Assembly: GCA_051362555.1 (NCBI GenBank)
Contig: CM120640.1
Span: 25,034,225-25,098,224, forward strand
DNA from: Lingula anatina
Taxonomy: Eukaryota > Animalia > Brachiopoda
Reading direction: 5' to 3'
DNA: 64,000 nt
Shown: piece by piece, positions 29,801 through 42,800 of the stretch
How the letters are laid out: the number at the start of each line of letters is the position of its first letter
Numbering within the stretch: position 1 is the first letter of the stretch
The notes under the pieces: model-generated
The model's database searches: none
What the model was told of the DNA's origin: nothing
Seen by the model: the letters and a program-made list of their open reading frames with translations, nothing else
Made by a program: the position numbers and the translations under genes

Positions 29801-32537
29801 TCTGTGTGCAACCTGTTGAACACTTACAACATAAAGTCTTGCTCCCAGCTTGGCTGTCTGCCCTTTACCGCGATAGTAGTAGATTTCACATTTTGGAGTT
29901 TGAGTGTGACATAGCTATGGAATTTTTCTGGAAAAAAGAAAAAAAATCATTATTGCAATTGCTTTTTAATACAAATATAAAGAAAGAATGGGAATCATGT
30001 GTTATATCAGATTAATGCAATTCAATTTTCAATCATCAGCTTAATGATGATTTATTATTTCCTCTGTTTTATAAAGTCAAATATCAGTAGTCTTGAATAA
30101 AATCCATCTATATACAGTGTACATATCTATAGATCAAAATCTATCAATCAAACAACAAAAAGTCATATTCAACAGAAATAAAATTTACAACATGGAAAAC
30201 CATTTATTTTACTTATGATCCTTAAAAATATAAACGAGACAGCAAAGCTGACAAATATACAGACACAATACAGGAAACAAGGCAGCAAAGCTGACAAATG
30301 TTCAGAGGAATGTTTTGGCCAATTTTGATGCACTATTACTAACACTATGCTCTAAAACAGCATAATCGCCCTTACCCTCTTACATTATGTACTACAGGCA
30401 ACATGGATATTAATAAACTAGCAAGTAATTCAGTTTCATGGGTTAAAAAAGCCACTGAAAATGCTCATGTGTGAAAAATAAAATATATAAAAAAAACGGA
30501 ATAATTACCGTAAATGTAAAGCAATCATGCTGATTTTCGAAAGGAACCTGCCACTTTACCAAACAAAGCCACTCAGTAAATTTAATGTAAAACAAAAATA
30601 TGGTTTGGCAGTTCTGGGGTGAACATCACCAAAATTGTACAAAAAAAAAACAAAATAAGTACAGTAAATGTAAACCATTCATACAGATTTTCAAAAGCAA
30701 CCTGCTTCTTTACCAAACAAAGCTACTCAGTAAATCTAATGTAAAGCAAAAATATAGTTTGGCAGTTATGGGGCCAATGTCACCAAAATTGTGCAAAAAA
30801 ACAGAATAATTACTGTAAATGTGAATGGATGCTGACTTTTTGAAAGCAACCTGCTTCTTTACCAAACAAAGCAAGTCAGTTAATTTAAAGTAAAACAAAA
30901 ATACAGTTTGGCAGATATGGGATGAATGTCATGTCATATGTCATACCAAACAAAGCAAGTCAGTTAATTTAAAGTAAAACAAAAATACAGTTTGGCAGAT
31001 ATGGGATGAATGTGTCGGACACCAAGGCGACTGTGACGACACTGACAGACAGACAAACCAGAATATATACAGACACTGTAAGTGTCTGTATATAAAAAAC
31101 TGTTAGATTATTTATATTGGCAATAGGCAGTCAACCAAAAGACATGAAGTGGTTGGTGATTTTGAGCTGTATTTTGAAATATATTTGAAGAATTGACATA
31201 AGAATTTGCAAATATTGGTCCTCTCTTGTAGGAACCCATTGATACATCAATATCAGTGTTAATTACTGGGAAATTAGAAAAGAAAAAACTTTGCCAGGCA
31301 TGGACGAGAATAAACAAGCATGGATACGGAATAGAGAAAAGTGATTCCTATTAAGGATAAAATACTGCAACTGAGCACTGTCCTGAACACATCAATTCAC
31401 GTTTGTGTCTGAGGTTAGATATCCCCAATGATAATTGTCTGCTATTACAAAGAATTATCTTGAACTCTGTCTGATTCCAGGGAATGTAAAGAAAACCCAG
31501 GGGGAAATCAATGGCATTATTCTCTGGCTTGCTGCTATTGTTAGTCCATCTTTATTGACTTCATACATCTACAACATGGTGTTCACCCATGTACAATGGC
31601 AGTATACTGACTCCTTATATCTTAGCCAGGCCCATTTTCCTCCCCAAGTCAATCAAATTTATAATTGGAAACCTGAGCCTTATGCTTTGCCTTACCTTAT
31701 TTACCCTGGCTGTTGATCAAACTTATTAATTGGATATTACTGCATCTAACTGTATCTCATATTTATTTCTGTAAAGTTTATTAACTTATGTCTATATGTC
31801 CAGTTTTGCAGGTAAAGCAACGAGACAAGGAAAGACAGTAAACCATCACAGAGACAGATGCACAAGGATGAAAGAACAGACTGCCACGGATTGTGAAGAC
31901 AGGAAAAAAAAGAGGAAGAATTTTGACTAAATAATCTGGCACACCTCTTATTTCTTCATTTTTGCCATTTATATCTCATAATAATGGTATTTGCATCTAA
32001 TTAAAATTGAAGGTTTACCTGGGAAAAATCCTCACTTTCACACTGAACACTTAATCATAAGAAGCTGCAATTACTTCGCATCACACACTATTATTGCACA
32101 TTATGCCTTGAGCAGCCCCTGTGATTAATCCATGCAATGGTTAAACTTACAAAACAGTATAATCTAGCCAAATTACATCACGGAACAGAGCAGATTGAGA
32201 TGGCTAGGCCAGGGAATGAGCTTTAACCAATTAATTAAGCTTCTGAGCACATCAAGTTTTAGTCCGCAGCTAGACAACTGAGACTAGAGATAGTTCATTA
32301 AATACCACATTCAGACTACAATGCGAAAAAATTCAAATTTTTGAATATGAATTTCAGATGAAAAATTTGATTCACTTTCCTGTTTACACACAGCAAAATG
32401 AAGCAGAATTGCAAAGCTGAAAATGCCAGTGCGACTTCCTGCAGTTTGAACAATCTTGCATGTGCCACACAGGAAAACTTGAGCATACAAAAAGATGGGT
32501 GTCATTTATTTCTTTATGGTATACATACTGTTTTTTT

Positions 32538-32577
<40 letters not shown>

Positions 32578-35500
32578 ATTTGGAAAACCATTTCTCTGGT
32601 TTGTTAAGGATTTTTGATGTATCTCCTTCCCCTACACGTGACTTCTAACAAGCTTTAAACTTCTTTTCCTGTCCACTGTCCCATAGTTTGATGTTGTCTT
32701 ATTTCCCACATTTTTGTTGGCACATGCGCAACATGCAGTGATATCTTCACCTGTTGCCAGTTCCAATGAGTTATTCCAATTGCTGTCAAAAATGCAGCTA
32801 GCTAGCAGGATTTTGAGAAACTGGTTAACAGACATCCTCATCCATTCACACTACTACAATGCTTCGAATTGTAATCAAATTCGCTACTGGTGTGAAATGG
32901 ATATAAATGACCTCATGAAATAATTGTAGTTAAGAATTTTAGTTTTCACATGCAGTAAGCGATATCTTGTCTGGTGCTAAGTTATGTTGTGTTTACCGCA
33001 ATCATTGTATATATATCTGTAATTAGTCATCTTTCTGGGTTGTTTAGCAATGTGACAAGGATTGGGATTGTTTGTTTTTATTGTTAATAAAAGTTTCAAC
33101 ATGTTTAAAAACTAAAAATTTATTAACATAGATTTGTTAAATCCAGAAACATAACACCTGAAGCTCTCTTGTGTTAGCTAATATGGGTCCCTGGTGATGT
33201 CAATAAACTTTATTATGGGTTTGATCAGTTAAACAGCCAATGAACTCCACGTACTCATATTTTTTCCAACAGGATAACTCTTCACAGTTTTTTTATACCT
33301 TTTTTCATGATATCACAACATTTATCTAACTCTGTTTGGGCTGGAAATCATATTTGTGTGAAAAAATGTGCCCTACATAAAAATCTGTTGAATCCTTAAG
33401 CCTATACTGACATTTCATAATTCCTGTAAAATTTTAATGTAGCATTTAACTTTTTTAAAATTCTGCGACACATCCTTAGATTGCTTTCCTTTACTAAGAG
33501 ATACACCTTTTGGACTGCAATTACCAGAAATATCAACCGTGTCTTATAAAATGTGAGCCCCATTGAATTTCTTACATAACCAATTAAATTCCCAATGATT
33601 GAGCCTCTCGGTTATCAATATCAGCATAGTAACCTTCTGTTTTCCTGGGAGTCTATCCTCTCTATTTACCAGATTAACCCACTCAGAAGCATATCAAAAT
33701 AAATAATGCCTTCCTAGAGCAAAAAATATTCTAAAAAATGCAAAAGAAACAGCATATATGAGAAAATACCAAAGGCATGATTCTAATCAAGTTTGCGCCT
33801 ATTTTGTTGAAAGATAATAGGTTTTTCTTGTTGCAATCTCCAGTGGGCCTTCTTCCCAATCCTACCAGCTGGCAGATCAATGAAAGCCAGAGATGCTACT
33901 TCTCCAATCAAATCTACATATAATTATTCATCTTAACAGACAGATGCATGCTGGCATATTGGTATGATCAAACATGATTTAGATGGAATATGCACATGAT
34001 AAAGTAAGGCAGCAAGGCGTGCAAAGGGTGGGGTCAAGTGGGGAAGCAGGAAGGGAAGGATGTCAGACGAACGAGGATAACCACAAAAAGCAGAAAACTC
34101 ATATAAATAGAATGTAACTTATTTTGCTATATCTCACAAACCACAATGTCTGATTGAGGGTTGATGCTTGTATATGCAATCACAATAATATTACATATAC
34201 AGTCTGGCACTGACGATAATCTGGCACATCTTCCATTTATCAAATGAAAGCATTGTTCCACATCAGTACAGAGAGTCCATATAGGAAATTTAAATCATAC
34301 TGGCACATTTCAGAATACACTGTACATCAGTTAATGCAAACATTATAGCTAATCCAAAGGAAATGACAGTTAAGCATTATCTGTTTATAAAAGAAAAAAA
34401 ATGATTTTTCCAAACAAGTTCCGGGAGATCATTGTAACCTGTTTGAGTTGCACAGTGACTTTTTCCTTGAGAGTGAATTTGCATGGACTCTGTACTTTTC
34501 TCTACCTACTCAACCCAAGTAATTCTAACTTATTCCACATAGCCTAGCAACTACAGTAATCCTTCAAACCACTACATGTCAATACAAGAAATAATATTGA
34601 GATGTATTTGGAAATTAGGAGTGTGAATATATTTCTGGAACCAATTTGATGATAATTTTTCAAATGAAATATACTAATTAGCCACAATATGTGATGAAAA
34701 TTTTGACACTACCTTTCACACTTACAAAATATTCAATCAGTAGCTATCTTTTTCAAATTTGGTCATATTGTTTTTTTGTTTGTTTTGTTGTTGTTCTTTT
34801 TTAATTTTTTTTTTTAGGCAGAGAGTAACACTCAAAACTATCAATTAGAAGAGGCTCCTTTTGCAAACCACAAACAAAAGAGATATGGAACCATTCCACC
34901 AGCTTTCACTCTTTCCCTCTCACCAACTGACCCCTGCCCTTTCAATAAAGTTCATATCACACTCTTCTTATTTATCGGCTCACTCCATGACTGATGTTCA
35001 TGGACCCGGCGCATACCGCTTGAACAAGTCCACAACAAAGCAGGGAGCAGGCACAGGTTTTGTATTGATCTTTCATGTTCTAAATTGGAAAGAACTCATG
35101 GACTGTGTTGCAAGGAGATTAGGAGTAGTCTGGACAAGGATTAGGAAGCTTGTATTTCATTCACTTTTTCAAATATGGTGTTTACAATAGCAAACCCATT
35201 TAAACCCCATGTTTGGTCTGCTTGTGTTTTTATGTAAAGCAACACGTGGACTCCCTTGCCAGTTGTTTGACGAAACTGAAGAAACTGCCTTACTGCCTAG
35301 GATCTAAAATGAAACTTGGCTTGTTAACTGCTAAATCTAAACAGACTGGCATTAACGAACTGAAACAAACCAAGAAAATGACAGGATACTTTAAACTATG
35401 AAGATTTTTTTTTTTCAATGCAGTCTGGTTACCACTACCCTCTTTTTAAAGAAATATCATGCATTTGTTTTTTTCTCTTGCATGAATGCCAATAATTGGT

Positions 35501-38172
35501 ATTTAAGCCATAAAGCTATACTAAATAACACAAACTTTCTATAAAAATCCCATTCAATTGTGTTAAGATTTTGTAAAAATCCAAATGAATGTCCATTTTC
35601 TTCATGCTATGTCATTTTCCCTTTTCAGACTTATTCCTTGGTGGCCAGGAAAAGAAATCCTTCTCAGGTCACTTCAGAGGATACCAACCTACTGGATCAA
35701 GCAGACAATAAAATCAATAAAATTCAATTTTTTATAACACCCCGTTGCCCTTTAAGAAACCTGCAGAGAAAAACTTAAAGGTTGTTTCGTTATTTATATC
35801 TGTCAGTAATACACTGGAGGATCTAATTCTATGCTTTTATGAGTATTCTCTGGTCAAAAATGCATATACATGTTTCAAACGAGTAGCACCCAACAGATTT
35901 ATATGTTGCCTGGGATTTATCTATTATCAATCTGGAGTACAAAACCCAATGGTCTCTACACAACTTGATCCTTGAATATTATAGCACTGATTACGAAGTA
36001 CACAGCAGGGCAAAAAATGCTGAAATTGCACCACCCAGACAACTGACACTCGAATATCTACATGGATTGAATTCTTTTACTCAAAAACCTGAGAAAAAGA
36101 TTCTTCTGTAATGTTCTCTTAGGATAGGTTTAGCATTTTGTTTTAGAGAAGTTATGATTAAGCAGCTGTGGATGATGCCATTTGCCCTTTTACCGGACAA
36201 TACAAGGAGAATCTATGCAGTTGCTAGCAAACTCTTTATTTTCAGATATGGTTACATAATCATATTATACCTGCACACGTTTGTGTGCATACCAGTGTTA
36301 TGTATCAAATGTATGACGTGCAGAATGCATTGTTCCCTCTGAATGATTCACACAGAATTATTACAAACGTACTATCACGCTGTTCTTTATGTAGGATAAC
36401 ATTTCCCTCTATGCTTGCAACTTACACCCTGCATTCACAATAAAACCCAACTAACATACGTTGAATAACAGATTTCATCATATTATGTATTATGTGCTGC
36501 TTTTAATTGCTTCTCTGCAGTAAAATGTCAAGTGATAGTTTGATCAATAGATCTCTTTGCAATGAATCTGAATGCATTAAGTAATTACATGGAAACTTGA
36601 ACTGGACTGGAACCCTGTTCAAACTTTAATATCATATTCATAGGCAAGGATAGTGGGATCTCACCAGATTTTTTTCCAATGCAATACCATTTGTTAGGGT
36701 GAAATGAGTATAGACATAGTACATCATAACAACTGAACTTTCACTGAACAGACACCATCTAGTTTTTCTAAAATGTGCCATGCTTACAACTAAAATTATT
36801 TTATAACATTTTAATTCTTTTAAGAATTATAAAAGTTTAATGTCTGTCAATTATTGTGTATTTTTTTCTCGTAACCCTAAAGGGGCCCGTACACGGTGAG
36901 CATTTGGCGCGCGCCACTTGCGCTGCGCCGTTTTCTCATCGTGTGCGGGGCTATTTTGGTGAGATTTTTGCCTCTCGCGCGGCTGAGCAAAATATCTCAC
37001 ATGTTTGATATTTTTGGTCTCTTGAGGCAAATGTCTCAGCGTGTGCGGGGTGCAAGCACCGATTGCTCACGCCATGCCAACAATGCGCACATGCCAGTAG
37101 CCGGAAACAAAGAAAAATGGCAGCCTCCAGCGAAGTAAACAAAAATGTACACAGTTATAGTTAGTCTGATTGATTAACGTGGTCACCGTTTGCCATTACT
37201 TTCAGAAAAAAAATAAATATGTAATGTTTCCTTAATCACATGATCCCACAGTTCGCGGTGCGTCCGATAGGGGCAGGCCAGGAGGCATCTCTGCTGAGCA
37301 AAGAGCGCATCGTTTGCGGGGAGCTGAGGAGCGCGAGCATCTGGCGCAGCGCAAGTGGCGCACGCCGAATGCTCACTGTGTGCTGGGCCCTTAAAGTAGC
37401 TAAAATCACATTCAAGTTTTAAACATTTTCACAGAATTTTTTCCTCTATAAAATCTCTCTTCTCCCCCTTACACGTTTGACACTTTTTTCCAACAACTTA
37501 CTAGTAATTTAAAAGAATGAGTGGAATAATAACTCGACTCCTAGTTATAACTCGACTCCTCTTCCTTATTCAAGGGAAATAAGATAATTTTTTTATAAAT
37601 GGATGGAGATGTTAAAGATGGAACAGATGTCGTGGAAAGGATATACACAAGATAAGAGGGACAGAAGAACATACCTTCACTGCCAACCAGTCTTGCTTTC
37701 TTTACTGAAAAGAAAAAAATACCATTTCAAAATTACTGGTACCAGTATATTTATCTACAGCAATGAACACTGGACTTAAAATTGTTTGAGACAAAATATT
37801 ACATATTTATTAAAAAAAAAAAAAAACCACAGTGACAAGCTATTACATAAATTCATATTAATGCACAGTGCTTGCTAGCCTGAATGATGAAATTGAATTT
37901 TTTTTTTTAACAGATAATACATCATTTTTGTCATAAAGACAACTTGCCATTTTTTCATTCAGGTTGCCTCTACTAGTATTCATGTCAGGACTCAAATTAC
38001 AAATCAATTTGGCCCCAAGGGACATCACTGTGACAGTTGTCCTTAATGAAAATTTCCAAACATTTTACCTGTCTTTCAAACACTGTCAGGATGAGCAACG
38101 TTGCAGAAAACACCTACTAGTAATCTATATAATGTTATTTTCTATCACAACCAAAGACTAAACTCGAACTGA

Positions 38173-38258
<86 letters not shown>

Positions 38259-39705
38259 TCATTCTTGCATAAAACAAAATAGCAGAAAATGAGAAAAAAT
38301 TCTTAACTGCTGTTTTTACTTATCGTTAAAAAGGGCAACCACAAGGTGTCACTTGGGAAAGACATATCTTATAGGTATGTCAAGCTCTGCAATTATCTCT
38401 TTTGTCTTTATAAACCAATAAATGATTAATATAGCAATATGGCATCATTTCTTGGTACAGTTTTCATTTAAACTCCAATACCCTAGAGAATTACCAAATT
38501 CTATTAAGTTGGCAATTTATAATGCACTACACATGTCCAATTACATGGTCTATGATAATGGACCAAGTTCTACAATGACAGTGAAAATGACCACAATAAA
38601 ATACAAAAAGAGATTAAATTAGATCTTCAGTTAATGCATGGGGTACCGACCATTTCTGATATTGCTTATGGCTTTGCACTATTATTAATCTGCACTCCAA
38701 TATAATGTTGGGGCCCATTAACATTGTGCATTTTATTATTATTTTTTTAAACTTTTTTTTATGGAAGAGTATATTAAGCAGAGGCATAATATTAGACATA
38801 ATAGCTTTGGTAGTTTTGCAAAATACCGAGGGTTTGTCTTTGTTATGAGATCTTATAAAACCTAGGTACTTCAAAAATGGGAACCAATACCCTACAATAG
38901 TCCCTTTGGGTTGTTAAGCAACCAAGCAGGGATGAGACTGCCATTCAGAGGCTCCCAAAAAGTTGGAAATCTGGCAGTAGTCAGGAAAATGTCATCCCTG
39001 ATCAAGGTATAGTTTTTTCCCAAAATGTTGCAAATATAAAATACAATCTGCATGAGATAGGGCTACACTTTTACCGTATATAACGACTTTGGATATGACA
39101 AGTCATGTTTTAAAAATTCATAGGGATTTATGAATAACTTTCAATACAGTGCAAAGAATTGTACATTGAAAAATCTGTGGCTTTTTATATGAGTCACTTT
39201 GCTAAAATGTAAGGATAAATACGAAAACACTTATTGTCCCCAAAAGTTGCCCTTATTGAAATTCTCATCCAGTAAGTGTCCAAATGGTTTACATATTGAC
39301 TTAATAAATAGAAACTGCAATAGTCTGTAATATTGAACCCTGGGTCACAGTAGATGCCAATGTTGGTTTTATATACAAACTAAGCCGACGTATTGCACCG
39401 ACCCATGTTATTTGGCCAGTATACCAGTACTCTACTACCAGTAACGTTACTCAGATGGGTCCCACTCCTTTAGACCATTGATGTAAGAGGTTATTTAGAT
39501 CGTGAAGTTTTCTGTGCCAGATAGGCAGTAACGGTGAATAAAGGTAACGTCAGGTTGTCGAACGTAATATAAGGCGCTGAGGCTCTGCCACTCCATCTGA
39601 CAGCCGACTCTCCATTCATGTTGACTTGCCAATGTCAAGTAGTCGCCGAATATTTTTTTTACCCAAGTTCGCAAGCTACTTACCACACACACAGAGTAGA
39701 GACAT
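848..39705 (-). CDS. UNC13: UNC13/Munc13 synaptic vesicle priming protein, long C2A-containing isoform; 5' portion (10 coding exons), continues beyond window start
   Basis: Spliced translation [82 protein letters not shown]...[20 protein letters not shown] matches the Munc13 N-terminal C2A domain. All introns are GT-AG and all phases are compatible. Confidence 0.96.
3238..3303 (-). CDS. UNC13: UNC13 probable exon 9 (66 nt, [21 protein letters not shown])
   Basis: tgcAG acceptor, AG|GTTTGA donor; phase 2-2; Tyr/acidic composition continues that of exon 8. Confidence 0.65.
4522..4737. repeat. About 107-bp tandem duplication in a UNC13 intron
   Basis: CCATTTGTTATCTATCATGTAAAAAAA...TTTTGTGTCC present twice. 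Confidence 0.85.
4767..5097 (-). CDS. UNC13: UNC13 exon 8 (331 nt, [28 protein letters not shown]...DAYDG)
   Basis: EDSDYxS motif of long UNC13 isoforms; ttccAG acceptor, GTAAGT donor; higher GC than flanks. Confidence 0.92.
10495..10549 (-). CDS. UNC13: UNC13 exon 7 (55 nt, [18 protein letters not shown])
   Basis: ttcAG acceptor, GTAAGT donor; phase 0-1 links exon 6 to exon 8 in frame. Confidence 0.8.
12134..12201. repeat. (TG)n microsatellite
   Basis: Direct inspection. Confidence 0.95.
12808..12876. repeat. (TA)n microsatellite
   Basis: Direct inspection. Confidence 0.95.
15943..16373. mobile_element. PIF/Harbinger-type MITE containing a nested inverted copy of the same family (16011-16225)
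   Basis: Outer TIR GACTGCATT..CACAGATTT / AAATCTGTGGAAATGCAGTC with TAA TSD; inner copy flanked by TTA on both sides; both units are about 214 bp and mutually reverse-complementary. Confidence 0.8.
16409..16479 (-). CDS. UNC13: UNC13 exon 6 (71 nt, [24 protein letters not shown])
   Basis: Similar to the Munc13 DIPEEEA...KLEQLN helix; acAG acceptor, GTAAGT donor; phase 1-0. Confidence 0.92.
18456..18579 (-). CDS. UNC13: UNC13 exon 5 (124 nt, [41 protein letters not shown])
   Basis: EICGT..PT...RFELP motif; ccAG acceptor and GTATGT donor. Confidence 0.96.
19275..19392 (-). CDS. UNC13: UNC13 exon 4 (118 nt, [39 protein letters not shown])
   Basis: WNKGxxWD C2A motif; ttcAG acceptor and GTATGG donor. 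Confidence 0.96.
20525..22728 (+). mobile_element. Helentron/DINE-1(pearl)-like non-autonomous element with internal tandem repeats
   Basis: 5' ACAAGGCAGCAAAGCTGTCAAATGTACAGACA; about 160-bp tandem array at 22165-22560; (GACGGC)n microsatellite; 3' hairpin ATGTACAGACAC-ATCT-GTGTCTGTACAT followed by an A-run. The 5' boundary is approximate. Confidence 0.6.
27498..27665. mobile_element. Short MITE (168 bp); a decayed relative lies near 13010-13155
   Basis: TIR CAGGCCCGTGGCCAG / CTGGCTACGGGCCTG; TACAT directly flanks both ends. Confidence 0.75.
29828..29927 (-). CDS. UNC13: UNC13 exon 3 (100 nt, [34 protein letters not shown])
   Basis: C2A core signature [16 protein letters not shown]; ccAG acceptor and GTAAGT donor. 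Confidence 0.96.
30232..31099 (+). mobile_element. Second, shorter member of the same Helentron/DINE-1-like family
   Basis: 5' AAACGAGACAGCAAAGCTGACAAATATACAGACAC; about 150-bp tandem units at 30530-31010; (GACA)n; 3' hairpin TATATACAGACAC-TGTAA-GTGTCTGTATATA followed by an A-run. Confidence 0.65.
36881..37391. mobile_element. PIF/Harbinger-type MITE (511 bp)
   Basis: About 50-bp TIRs AGGGGCCCGTACACGGTGAGCATTTGGCGCGCGCCACTTGCGCTGCGCC / GGCGCAGCGCAAGTGGCGCACGCCGAATGCTCACTGTGTGCTGGGCCCT; TAA on both flanks. Confidence 0.85.
37675..37704 (-). CDS. UNC13: UNC13 exon 2 (30 nt, [10 protein letters not shown])
   Basis: tttcAG|TAAAGAAAGCAAGACTGGTTGGCAGTGAAG|GTATG; phase 1-1; VKKA motif. Confidence 0.92.
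38177..38256. repeat. (TA)n microsatellite
   Basis: Direct inspection. Confidence 0.95.
39684..39705 (-). CDS. UNC13: UNC13 coding exon 1 (22 nt, MSLLCVC)
   Basis: ATGTCTCTACTCTGTGTGTGTG|GTAAGT; matches the conserved MSLLCV start of Munc13. Confidence 0.93.
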
Positions 39706-39823
39706 AGTTCAATGAAACTGGTATTCTTCACGTAAATCTGCCATCTTCTGCAGTTTCTAATCACCTGCGATGTTAGCATAGATACCAGTCATTGTGGAGA
39801 CACTGAACCTGACTAACCCATGT

Positions 39824-39883
39824 CCGCCATCTTGAAAAAGTCAATTATGTGACGTCATCAGAACATCGATACAACACGGAAGT
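39824..39883 (-). promoter_or_regulatory. UNC13 proximal promoter: YY1 site, CRE palindrome and ETS site
   Basis: CAAGATGGCGG on minus strand (39824-39834), TGACGTCA (39850-39857) and CGGAAGT (39877-39883), clustered 120-180 bp upstream of the ATG. Confidence 0.65.
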
Positions 39884-42800
39884 ATAACTTTGAAATCTCA
39901 CGTTGGCTCACTTTGACCCAAACCAGTGTGCCTTTGCTCCATTTATCTATGCAAAATGCTTCATTTATAATTTTCCTTAAATTTTCTGTGCACATATTTT
40001 TTCAGACACAACAAGATCAATATGTAGCGGCATTTTGTTCTTCAGGCATTAGCCGATATTTTGTGTAGACACTGTAGACTACACTCCACATTCAAAATCT
40101 CTAATAGGGCCTACAAGTGTAGAATATAGATAATGAATGACACGTGTAATTTGTTTCTTACATATGGATCAATGTTAGAGAGTGTTTTTATCTTTTCTTT
40201 TGAGTCTTATTATACACTAGGCCTGTATGCTAGCGTGATTAAAAATTCAGAAAATTGCCTAGCATCGATGATTTTCACCTTTTAACCTTCATTTTTGTAG
40301 TGAAAGTAACAAAGATACTGTATATTCTGTATAGTCTTTCTCTAGCGTCACCCCTCATATACTTTATTTATCCCGGTCTTACACATCTCAGGCGGTGGCA
40401 TTCAATAAAAGATGTTTTCATGAGTTTTTTTTCCTGATTTTTATCTCCTAGATCTAATTTTTTCCTGTTTTAATTTCTTTCTCAAATAAACTATCCATGT
40501 TAATAAATTGCATCTATACGCGAATTGCACACTGCAAAGTACTAATGTGACGGTTAACTTGGTTTTTTTTCCCAAGATATATATTCGCTTTAAAATCGTA
40601 CAAACAGGTGTATCTTGGTTATTTTTTTTAAATTTGTACTCAAAAAATTTATTTAAGATCAGTCGGTCTATAAGCAAGAGTGTTGTCTATGAAGACAGGA
40701 AAAGTCAGTTTTTCTCTCCAAAATCCAATGGACAGTAGGGTTTATGATTGTTGATATATAAACAGTTCGGGGACAGCAAAATAGCATTAGGACAGCGGAC
40801 TGTATTACATTAACAACAAAATTACTTCCGAATCTAGGAGAAAAGTCTCCGCAAAAAAAGAAATATGAAAATGGTTCTGAGGAGAAGGGGGGGGGGGGGG
40901 GGGGGGTAAGAGACACACCCACATCCCTCCGTGTCTCATTCATTTTTTTTTTTATTATTATTTTATTTATTTTATTTTTTTTTTTTTGGGGGGGGGGGGG
41001 GTAGAGGTTACACAGGTAAATAAACAAATTTTTCTAGTTTTATGTATGTCTGAGTATAACATACCGAGCACACTTAACGACGTAAGTTACGCTGGCTAAG
41101 TAAATAAGAGAATAAGAAATTCAATGAGATTGATTTTCTGCCGAGGTTTGCTGTATGTTGCGGCAAGCCCTTGGTTGCAATCCATACTGGACACTAGCAC
41201 AAAATGCCATCTCGTGTTGAGATTTTTGGATCAATAATGGTAAAAAAAGTCCTGCTGATCTAAATAGGCTACCGGCACACATATTTTTGTGTATTTCATT
41301 GATCAATATCTCTTCCAGGAGCTTTTTACAGGCGCTAATAATAGAGAGGATGCGTACTAGAGTCTAAACAGAAGCTATTACACAAAGAATTCATTGCACT
41401 TTTGAAAGCTAGGTTAAATGCTCTCCTGCTTACGGCAGCTTGTGCAGCGAGTACCTGTAGCCTACAATTTAGCTTGACTACGGTCTTATTTAGATAACTT
41501 TTAAAATAATATATATAAGAACGGGTTAATGTAATTCACGGTATCATCTACTTAAGTGTTTTAATTTCTGTTTTACAGAAAGTGAAATATAAGCTTCCAC
41601 ACAAAGAGCAACGGCGGTTGGTATAAGACTTACAGAGAAGCACAAACCTCTTTGATAAACACAATCATGGTTGAGAAGAGAACAACCAAACGCAATAAGA
41701 CTGATTTCTCTGGGGAAAGTGAAAGGTAGCCGATTATGACTAGGAAAAATACAGAAAGTAATTAAGTGAATTGCTTTGTGTAGTCCAAATGATTAAAAGT
41801 TTAGCAGTTAATAAGCGAGGGGGGTCTAAACAGTCCGATAGAGGTCTCACTTATGATAAGTATAACGGCTTGACTAAAATACGCCGATGTAAACACAAGA
41901 AAGTCAAGTTTTTAACTGATTTGGCGGCTCAACAGCAGCGACAGCACCAATAACCTTAATATACATGTAAAACCATTTTATTCAATTACGTACCTCTAAT
42001 AAAGACTGCGTACGGCATACTGAGTCCTCCTGTATAGCTTTAACTATGTAAATGATTCCCCCAATCTCATTAATGTATCTTACTTCAGAGAGTTCTTAGA
42101 AACGCACGAAGAATTGAATTAAACTCCAAGAATTAGAAAGCCAACTGAGGCGTATAGCTTATCAATATGGCTCCGTTAGGTCCATGCGCCTTTCGAAGTA
42201 CTGCTTGCCGTCTACAGGTGCATGCATCACATTTAACGCAGCTTGTTTGGCGCTTTCTGGATTCAGCCGAACAAAAGATGTAAAAATAAGCAGGTCTTGT
42301 AAACTGTATGTTGCATTCTAGTCTCGCAATGTAGCCCTCTGTATTAAGTTGGATTGAAAATTCAATTATTGCGGCAATGTGGAATGTACATCTCTTTAAT
42401 TTCCAAACACCAGGCCCTCACGTCTTTTGAGAATTGAACAGTCGATTTGTCATTATTAGATATGCCATTCTCGGGACCCTTACCCGCAAGGTGACAGCAC
42501 TACAAGCTGTGCCCCTATCAGCAATGTTCCAAACCTTCAAATCGAAACCGACAGGTGGATATGTTGTTTTCTACATTGTCATACACGATGAATGTTAATT
42601 GCAATTATAAACGGATTCAATAAAGCTAAAATATTAATTATGTGTTCCTGGTTACTAGGAGCCTTCTGTTGTGCAGCAGAATCCAAGCAGGCGGAGGAAT
42701 TTTTCACAAGTGCAGCCACTCAATTGGATACAAATGATGCATGATTAATGTAAGTATAAAGCAGCTAAATGTTACAAGACCAAAAGATGCACCCAGCAAA

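Noticed and set aside
40880-41001. Long G and T homopolymers as a G4 regulatory element
   Set aside because: Similar poly-G runs recur at 11415, 13016 and 19142 without context; homopolymer lengths are error-prone and not informative.
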